A stretch of DNA of 64,000 nt. Source: Eledone cirrhosa. Lineage: Eukaryota. The notes below the pieces were generated by a model. It made no database searches. It saw only the letters and a list, made by a program, of their open reading frames with translations, and was not told the origin of the DNA. The translations under genes were made by a program, and so were the position numbers. Positions 55,557 through 64,000 of this stretch are shown here, one piece after another (position 1 is the stretch's first letter; every line of letters starts with the position of its first letter). Location: contig OZ024740.1 of the NCBI GenBank assembly GCA_964016885.1, positions 258,788,001 through 258,852,000 of the forward strand, given 5' to 3'.

Positions 55557-55864
55557 GACCATATGAATATATATTTTTATTTGTGAGTGCACATTGCCGT
55601 TTACATGCCTATATCGTGTTTCAGGTGGCAGATCTAATCGCAGTGAAATTTCAGACAACAAAACGACGAACCAAGATGGCGACAGTATTGTATGTAAAAC
55701 AACGCCACAGGCAGTGATATATGGTGTTGGATAATCGGTGAGAATATCAGTGGATGTTAGGGAGATAGAGTGGGCGAATATATATTAAATATGTATGTAT
55801 ATATATACATATACATATATATTTTATATATATATATATGAGAATGGTGTACCTCGTATATATA

Positions 55865-56769
55865 TGAGGTGTGTCAGAAAAGTTCCAGGACTGATGTCAC
55901 AGAGGATATATTTCAAACCCAAACTTCACACTAAGAGTTTTCTCCTTCAAAGTAAACCCCCTGGAGTCTAATGCACTTTTCCATCCTTTTCTGCCACGCT
56001 TGCATGCACTCCTGGAAAGATTCTTCCGGGATCCTCCGCAGTTCCGTCGTCACGGCCTTTTTGATGTCGTCCACGTCTTCAAAACGGGTCCCCTCCGGGT
56101 CGTACTCGAAGATCCATGGCTCGTCACCGGTGATGACTGTCCCTAGCAAGTCTGGTTCGGTTTCAAGACGCTCGAGGATGTCCTGGCACACTTGCATGCG
56201 TCGAACCTCTGGTCATCGTTCAGCAGTTTTGGCACCATCTTCGCGCAAACTTTCCGCATGTCCAAATCATCAGTGACAATCTTCCAGAAGCTGTCCCGAT
56301 TCATGCCCAGCTCATTTGCCATCAGTCGAACAGTCAGCCGACGATCGCTACACACCATCTGCCTGACGCGCTCAACGTTGACCTCAGTCCTGGTTGTTGA
56401 GGGCCTTCCGCTCCTGGGGTCGTCTTCCGCGTCCTCGCGTCCTTCTTTAAACCTCTTGCACCACTCAAAAACACGTGAACGTGTCTCCATACACTTGCTG
56501 CAGCAATTCAAATGCTTCTGACGGAGTTTTCCCCAACCGTACCAGAAACTTCAAGTTTGTTCGCTGCTCTGTGCTCATTGCTTGACGACCTGAAACAGAG
56601 GACATGTATATAAAATTATGAAGAAAAAAGTTTGATCGCTGCAGAGAGCTAAGATTACAGTTACATACTCCAGGGGGATTACTTTGAAGGAGAAAACTCT
56701 TAGTGTGAAGTTTGAGTTTGAAATAAATCTTTTGTGACGTCAGTCCTGGAACTTTTCTGACACACCTCG
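55865..56769 (-). mobile_element. Internally deleted mariner (Tc1/mariner) with ~100 bp TIRs and TA TSD
   Basis: VFEWCKRFKEGR, DDPRSGRPST, VCAKMVPKLL, VITGDEPWIFEYDPE, G.YFEG; TIRs 55865-55967 and 56667-56769. Confidence 0.92.
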
Positions 56770-56790
56770 TATATATATATACACACACAC

Positions 56791-57730
56791 ACGAGGTACA
56801 CTCAGGATGTTTTGAGACTTTTATCAGAAAGATATCTATTTAACTCAGATCAACACAAAACTCAAGTCTCCATCAAAGTAAAATCCTCCAACTTCAATGC
56901 ACTTGTAGCGCTCCAGCCACTGGAAGGTCCCCTAGTAGTCCTCCCAAGTGAATGTGTACAGGGCGCTTGTCACAGCCTATTTCATCTCCATATCCTCAAA
57001 CCAAATACCCCAGAACTTCTCCTTCAGCTTTTGTAACATCCACAACTCGCATGGGGCTAAGTCTGGACAGTAGGGAGGATGAGGGACAGTCTTGATCCCT
57101 ATAGGATCATCATGAACTACCCAGTAGACCTACTTTGCCAGGCCTTCTTGGTTCTTGGGGAGTCAGAATGTTTTACTGGGCACTCTGTCACTTGGTCTCT
57201 GGAGCATAACAGTAGACCCAGCTCTCGTCACGGGTCAGCAGAGAATCAAGAACACTTGGATTCGAAGCGATCCATTCTACCATCTCCCTGCTGTCATCAA
57301 CATGCCTTTGATCTTTATTGAATACCTTGGGACCAAACTTTACAAAAGCTTTGTGTGTGTTCAGATCGTCATCAATGACTCTACACAGTGCCCTCAGAAA
57401 TTTGCCAATTCTATTGACCAACTTTCTCATCCTAATATCCCTCTCCAGGCCGCACTTCTCGTCATCCCTCACCTGCTCCCCGCTTTCCTGGAACCTCTTT
57501 GCCAGTGCAAAACAATCGCTCGGCTCATGAAAGTTAGTCCATAAGCAGTGTTGACCATTTCATAGGTTTCTGCAGCGTTTTTGTCGAGTTTGACACAAAA
57601 CCGTTTCGCATATCACACCTAGAAGTTGTCCTCGCGTCCCGACTGCGTTGTGGAACCCGTCTGCTGTGACAAGGTGTGGGTGGCAAGTAGTGTGTATAGT
57701 GGTGTAGCGGCCCGAACCTCCAGCCTGGAA
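56791..57730 (-). mobile_element. Second, degenerate mariner
   Basis: KFGPK, TRDESWVYCYAPETK; HPPYCPDLAP-like motif near 57050-57080. Confidence 0.75.
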
Positions 57731-57962
57731 AAAAAAAAACGATTAGCTAATTATAACGATATCAATGATGAATTTGACTGACAGTTACATAGGTCAATTA
57801 AAAGTGCCTGAAAAAAAAGAGTGTCAAAATGTCTTGCACGTATCTCGTACATATATATGTGTGTGTGTGTGTGCGCGTGTGTGTGTGTGCGCGCGCGGGC
57901 GAGTGTGTGTATGTGTATATATAAAGAGAGAAGTATATGTATATATATATATCTGTGTGTGT

Positions 57963-58008
<46 letters not shown>

Positions 58009-58242
58009 ATAATAATAAAATTGAAGACTAAAATCCAAAGAGGGCTCGATAAGGAAAATATATATCAAATATATAAGAACCGTGGTATGTTTTCAAACAG
58101 TGAGCAAGTTTGAAAGTAGAAAATAGAAGCTTTCACCGTATTTTTTTACTAAAGAAATTTTAGCCTGAGAGTGGGGTTTATATATATATATATATATATG
58201 TATGTATATATCTGTGTGTATATATATATATGTATGTATATA

Positions 58243-58292
<50 letters not shown>

Positions 58293-58568
58293 TGTAAATT
58301 CCTGAAAACTGTAGAGTGCTCAACTAATCGGGATGGAAAGTGCCAATCGTATATGTAATATAGAATATGCTTCAATCAATCCCGGTTGGAGCTGTATAAA
58401 TGGCCCGACTATGTTGATTCCAGAGTCGGGCCAGATCGAAGCAGATTGAACCTTGGCCTGGTCAATCACGAAACGTGCGTTACACCTCAATAAACATAAC
58501 TATTAAGCTCTGTTACCTACATAGAGCACTCTTTTTTCCTGGACTTTTCCGACGGAATTACTTCATTT

Positions 58569-58602
<34 letters not shown>

Positions 58603-58605
58603 GTG

Positions 58606-58640
<35 letters not shown>

Positions 58641-58708
58641 ATATATGCATATGCCACACTTCGGAACTGGGCATATCAACAAAATAACTGAGGTAAACTT
58701 TATTCCAG

Positions 58709-58892
58709 CATTGGCAGAATCGTTAGAGGGTCTGACGCCATGCTGTGCAGCATAGAGTTACGGGCCTTTCCATTCTGAGTTCAAATCCCGCCGAGGTTAA
58801 CTTTGCCTTTCATCCTTACGGGGTCGATAAAATAAAGTACCAGTAATACACTGGGTTAATTGCTGGCCTTGTGCCAAAAGTAGAAACAATTA
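58709..58892 (+). mobile_element. tRNA-derived SINE
   Basis: Same family as 29829-30012. Confidence 0.85.
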
Positions 58893-58922
58893 TGTTTTCC
58901 TGTTTTTTCTGTTCAAGTTCTA

Positions 58923-58981
58923 GCTGCCTGATAAGGTCATTGTTGTTGAATAAGGGTTATTACTGAAATATATATTGTAGC
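58923..58981 (+). ncRNA. Degenerate hammerhead (CTGATAA)
   Basis: gctgc-CTGATAA-...-GAAA-tatata-TT-gtagc. Confidence 0.45.
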
Positions 58982-59028
58982 GAATATGAATAAATGAGTT
59001 TAATTTTAACTTGTTGACTTACACCTTA

Positions 59029-59109
<81 letters not shown>

Positions 59110-59126
59110 ATATATATATATGTGTA

Positions 59127-59363
59127 TACTAATAATAAAAAGGACAAAGTGTCAGGTCCCCATTACGTTTATTGAAGTGTGACCCGCGTTTCACGATTGA
59201 TAGGCACATGGTTCGATCTGTATCGGTCTGGCCCGACTATTTTGATTCCAGAGTCGGGCCAGATCGATGCAGATTGTACCTTGGCCTGGTCAATCACGAA
59301 ACGTGCGTTACACCTCAATAAACATAACGGGGATCTAACACTTCGTCCTTTTTATTATTAGTA
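59127..59363. repeat. Fold-back of a PLE tail containing the 3' half of an HHR
   Basis: Arms ~110 bp around the hairpin tggcccgact...agtcgggcca; GAAA-cgtgcg-TT then aataaa. Confidence 0.9.
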
Positions 59364-59614
59364 ATAGACCCTACTTAGTACAACACCAATATACTTACTG
59401 GAAACTACGCACTCTGGTGAACCTACAGTAACAAAACGTTACAATCCCTAAATATATATATATTTAGGAATTGTATATACATACATATATATATATATGT
59501 ATACATATATATATGTATACACACATATATATATATATACTTAGGGTAAATATTGATGCAATCAATTCAAGCACTCAACGTACTTATTCCACATTGGAGT
59601 GACGGAGTAAATAT

Positions 59615-60541
59615 CGAATAAGGAAAAGCGAAGTAGTTTCAGATGTTAAAGTCCTTTAATAATAATGCTGTGATATTTATTTCAATGGCGACAGTGGCCA
59701 CACTGTTCCGTGCGCCAGTGCCGCGACATCGTCAGACAGCTTGTTACATAATAAGGTTATGTTTCCGAGGCAATCCAAATTGAATCGACATGGGAACGGA
59801 CGAAGTGTGTGCTCTTGGGTTCTTCATCCGTTCCCTTGTGAGTACCAATTCACCCCCACCGGTCTGCGCAGACGCAGGTCCGAAGGAAGTTGACCATTAG
59901 CTACCGCAGATTTCAACGTAATTCGCCTAGTCAGTTCCCCCTCTCAACCAAACAATGACCCATTCAGGCCTGTTATATATAGCTTACTGCTAGCCAGCCC
60001 GTCTGAATGGGTCATTGTTTGGTTGAGAGGGGGAACTGACTAGGCGAATTACGTTGAAATCTGCGGTAGCTAATGGTCAACTACCTTCGGACCTGCTCCT
60101 GCGCAGACCGGGGAAGGGGGGGGGTGAATTGGTACTCACAAGGGAACGGATGAAGAACCCAAGAGCACACACTTCGTCCGTTCCCATGTCGATTCAATTT
60201 GGATTGCCTCGGAAACATAACATTATTATGTAACAAGCTGTCTGACGATGTCGCGGCACTGGCGCACGGAACTGTGTGGCCATGTCGCCATTGAAATATA
60301 TATCACAGCATCATTGAGTTGGCAGTATCGGTAGAGTGTCGGACATGCTTTCCAGCATAGTTATGTCCCTTTACGATCTGAGTTCAAATCCCGCCGAGGT
60401 TAACTTTGCCTTTCATCCTTACGGGTCGATAAAATAAAGTACCAGTAATATACTGGAATAATTGCTGGCCTTGTGCCAAAAGTAGAAACAATTATTATTA
60501 AAGGACTTGAACATCTGAAACTACTTCGCTTTTCCTTATTC
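59615..60541. repeat. Large fold-back (~350 bp arms) with an HHR in each arm and a SINE (60316-60498) inserted in the right arm
   Basis: 59667-59966 is the reverse complement of 60003-60309, and the arm resumes after the SINE; HHRs read gctgt-CTGACGA...GAAA-tatata-TC-acagc. Confidence 0.9.
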
Positions 60542-60557
60542 TATATATATATATATA

Positions 60558-61033
60558 TCATCATCATCATCATCATCATCACCACCATTTTACGTCCGCT
60601 ATTCCCTGCTTGCAAGGTTGGACGGGTCCTATTTAGCACAGCATCTCTCCACTTGTCATGGTCCTTCGTCATCTTCTCCGTGAGTTTCAGCGATCTGAGC
60701 TCTGCTCTCAACAGCTCCGCCCATGTTTTTCGTGGTTTTCATTCTACTGGGATTTCTTGGCACTTCTTTATCCAGCGGTCATCCTCCATGCGCATCACAT
60801 GTCCATACCATCTCAGCCTTCTCTCCTGCACACCACAACTTATACCTCTTAAACCCAGTTTCTTTCTCAACTCGTCTGTGCTTGGTCGTTCACGCACATT
60901 GACATTGCACATCCAACGGAGCATTCTTGCTTCATTTATCTCCAGCCGTCGCATATCTTCTGCAGTTGATGCCCATGTCTCACTACCATGCAGCATCGCG
61001 CACCTTGCACAGGCATTATATAACTGGCCTTTC
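60558..61033 (-). mobile_element. RTE-clade LINE 3' end with (GAT)n tail
   Basis: MLHGSETW...E.RMLRWMC...RRLRWYGHVMRM. Confidence 0.88.
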
Positions 61034-61059
61034 GTACTAATTTCAGAAGGAGCAATATA

Positions 61060-61240
61060 GCTAAATGTTTAAGGGGTTCGCTTCAGAAAATGTCACTTAT
61101 CATAACTTCTGGTGGACCCATGCTTTGAGATTGAAACACCCTTTAACACGCAGATTTCACGCTGAGAATTCGTTATGGGTACACGTGTCTGTGCAAGGCT
61201 CAGCCATTTATACATTAATTCCATGAGCAGACATTTCCGT
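61060..61240 (-). mobile_element. Cephalopod-type SINE fragment (related piece at ~54295-54380)
   Basis: Reverse complement reads ggaattaatgtataaatggctgagc...cagacacgtgtaccc, which resembles an abundant octopus SINE body (recognised from memory, not searched). Confidence 0.45.
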
Positions 61241-61552
61241 TGAAGAAACAACTAAAACACACCGTTTTCTGGTTTTATTCATTAGACTGCGGAAATTCTG
61301 GAGCAATTCTTTCGTTATCACTTGATAGAGAAAGAATTGTAGACAGGGAAAGATAGAAGGGGAGTAAGAGTGAAAGAGACGAAGACAGCATCTGAGAGTG
61401 AGAGGTTGAAAGTATGTTTGTGTGTGTGAGAGAGAGAGAGGGGGAGAGAGGGAGAGAGAGAGGGGGGAGATGGAGAATGAGCGAGAGATAGAGAGAGAGT
61501 GAGTGTGTGTTCTAAAGGTGAAAGCAAAGGAAGAGAAGGATAAATAAATAAT

Positions 61553-61732
61553 TGTTTCTACTTTAGGCACAAGGCCAGCAATTCACCAGTGCATTACTGG
61601 TACTTTATTTTATCGACCCCGTAAGGATGAAAGGCAAAGTCAACCTCGGCGGGATTTGAACTCAGATCGTAAAGGGACGTAACTATGCTGGAAAGCATGG
61701 CGTCCGACCCTCTACCGATACTGCCAATCCAC
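61553..61732 (-). mobile_element. tRNA-derived SINE with TSD gaaggataaataaataat
   Basis: Near-identical to 29829-30012; TSD on both sides. Confidence 0.9.
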
Positions 61733-61783
61733 CGAAGGATAAATAAATAATGAATGCGAGATCTATTTGGAGAGAGAATGGCT

Positions 61784-61853
<70 letters not shown>

Positions 61854-62539
61854 GATAATGAGAGTGGGAAGGAATAATATTAAAAGTGAGAGTAAGAAAG
61901 ACAAGGAAAAGAGAGTGATCTGGAGGTGAGAACAGATAGAAGTGAGGAATGGTGGGAGGAATATACGACACATAAGTACGGGAGAAGCAGTGTGATATGT
62001 AGAGAGAGAGAGAAAGAGGGAGAGGTGAGGAAGGGGTTAAAGCAAACAGAAGACAACGATGACTACTACGACGATGATGATGATGATGATGATGATGATG
62101 AGGAGGAGGAGGAGGAGGAGGAGGAGGAGGAGGAGATCTGGTCAACTTTATGGGGCTGAAGTAAAGTGATTTAACAAGTCAATGGGGAAGAAAGAAATGT
62201 TTTGTATTTTCGGTTGTCTTTGCTTTTCATTTGTTGTGTATTGTTTATTTCTCGACTCCTTTTACTGGAAAGTTGTTCTTGCATATTTAAAACATGTTAT
62301 TTGTGGGCTTTCGTACCTACACACACATATACATATATGTGTGTAGTTGAGACAATCAGAGAGAGAACATGTGTGTGTGTGTGTGTGTCTACTAATGCTG
62401 AACTAGTTAGCTAGATTGATAGATAAATAGATAGAAATGAATGAATGGATTCATTCATACGTAGATACATGCATTCACATATACAAACATACACACACGC
62501 ACGCGCGCACACACACACACACTCACACACACACACACC

Positions 62540-62601
<62 letters not shown>

Positions 62602-62682
62602 GCAGTATTAGTTGTAGATGTTATCGAGATGCAAGTGACATAATAACAGCAGAAACTAGAGATGAAATATACGTTTATTTTT

Positions 62683-62903
62683 TGTTGTAGCACAAACAAT
62701 GGTGTTGTACAGAGGCTGGTTTCTGGCGTGTGATCCGTCGGCTTTCCAGTGGCTGTCTGTCTTTTTTTTCTGTCGTTCTCAACCGGCGTTGTTCTATCAA
62801 AGAGCGTGAGGCGTCTTACTACAGTACCTCGAGCCAGATTTTCAAACTATTGAAAATCGATGTCATTACTCACATGTGGAGTAAGATGGCGAACAATGCA
62901 ACA
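62683..62903 (-). mobile_element. Probable 3' LTR of the Gypsy element
   Basis: TGTTG...CAACA termini just downstream of the integrase ORF; PPT not clean. Confidence 0.55.
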
Positions 62904-63049
62904 AGGGGGAGCTATCCGCTCTAGCAAAAATTGAATCCAGAATAAGGATTTGAAAAATGTTAAAAAAAAAACGACATGCATGCATAAAAAAGACAAGGCA
63001 AAGGAAAAGCAGAAACACAGAGGCAAAAAAAAGGTGCAGCTAACATAGT

Positions 63050-64000
63050 CTAAATATAGACGGTGCTGCAAAGTTTTTTGGGCCAGTGGACCCTACGACC
63101 TGAACGGGTCGTGGTCTTGTAACGTGGCGATGGTGGTGGTGTAGGGACAGGCGATGATGGTGGATCAGGAACAGTCGTTCGCTCAACAGGCAAATACGAA
63201 GGGGTTCGTGGATCAGGAACCACAGCGTCCGTATCAAGGTGCGCCTGCTTAAGCCTGTCTAATGTAACTGTCACCCTGGACCCCTTAATGTCTAACGTGA
63301 AATGCTTAGCCGAGCGCGCTAAGACACGGTAAGGTCCAGTGTAAGGCTGTGTGAGCGGGGGCTTCACCGTATCATTCCTTACAAAGACATGCGTCCACGA
63401 GGCAATATCCCTCGGGACAGCAGTCTTGACAGTTTGTTTCCTAGTGTCCATTGGCGGCAAATCCTGGAAATAGGAGCGCAAACGGGACACGTAGGAAGCG
63501 TGATCTTGGGCATCAAGATCGATAGGGGCAAGCATTTGCCCGGGCAACGTCAGAGGGGCACCGTACAGTACTTCGGCCGGTGAAAATCCAAAGTCGACCT
63601 TCACCGTTGACCGAATCCCTAGTAGCACAATAGGGAGGTACTCGCTCCAATGCGCCGAGTCCATTGAGGCCATTAAGGAGGCCTTCAGTTGGCGGTGAAA
63701 ACGCTCCACCATACCATTCGAAGCGGGATGGTATGCCGTAGTTCGAATGCGTTTAGCACCAATTATTTTTGACAGCTCGAGGAAAAGGCTCGACTCGAAC
63801 TGTCGTCCACGGTCGGTAGTTATTGTGGATGGAACTCCATAACGAGAGATCCATCCAGACACAAGAGCACGTGCTGTTGTCTCCGCGGTGATGTTTTTCA
63901 AGGGGATGGCCTCAGGCCATCTCGAAAAACGGTCAATGACGGTAAGTAGATAAGAAAAACCATCGCTGACAGGCCAAGGTCCCACTATGTCAATATGAAT
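63050..64000 (-). CDS. Gypsy LTR retrotransposon integrase (open to the window edge)
   Basis: [51 protein letters not shown] module (PYTGPYRV). Confidence 0.95.
   Translation of the reverse strand: MHIDIVGPWPVSDGFSYLLTVIDRFSRWPEAIPLKNITAETTARALVSGWISRYGVPSTITTDRGRQFESSLFLELSKIIGAKRIRTTAYHPASNGMVERFHRQLKASLMASMDSAHWSEYLPIVLLGIRSTVKVDFGFSPAEVLYGAPLTLPGQMLAPIDLDAQDHASYVSRLRSYFQDLPPMDTRKQTVKTAVPRDIASWTHVFVRNDTVKPPLTQPYTGPYRVLARSAKHFTLDIKGSRVTVTLDRLKQAHLDTDAVVPDPRTPSYLPVERTTVPDPPSSPVPTPPPSPRYKTTTRSGRRVHWPKKLCSTVYI

Noticed and set aside
61926-62159. Acidic D/E-rich ORF
   Set aside because: It arises from (GAT)n(GAG)n trinucleotide repeats.

Overview
AT-rich eukaryotic DNA, dense in microsatellites ((TA)n, (TG)n, (CATA)n, (GA)n). 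The SINE families suggest a cephalopod (Octopus-like) genome, though this is inference. I found no convincing host gene, and most of the ORF track is microsatellite noise. The window is mostly mobile-element debris: several Penelope-like elements (PLEs; RT plus GIY-YIG), an L1-Tx1 LINE nested in an R4/Dong-like LINE, RTE and CRE fragments, two Gypsy pieces with LTRs, two mariners, two non-autonomous Helitrons and about 12 tRNA-derived SINEs. The notable signal is at RNA-structure level. There are roughly 15-20 type I hammerhead ribozyme (HHR) motifs in PLE 3' tails, including recurrent non-canonical cores (A or C at position 4, a U3-A8 pair, a very long stem II). There are also many fold-back (palindromic) elements beside (TA)n. 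In two cases the turning point coincides with a short hairpin that is also present, unextended, in an independent copy elsewhere in the window, which suggests hairpin self-primed fold-back insertion. One fold-back carries a tRNA-like cloverleaf. All structure calls were made by eye and coordinates may be off by a few bases.
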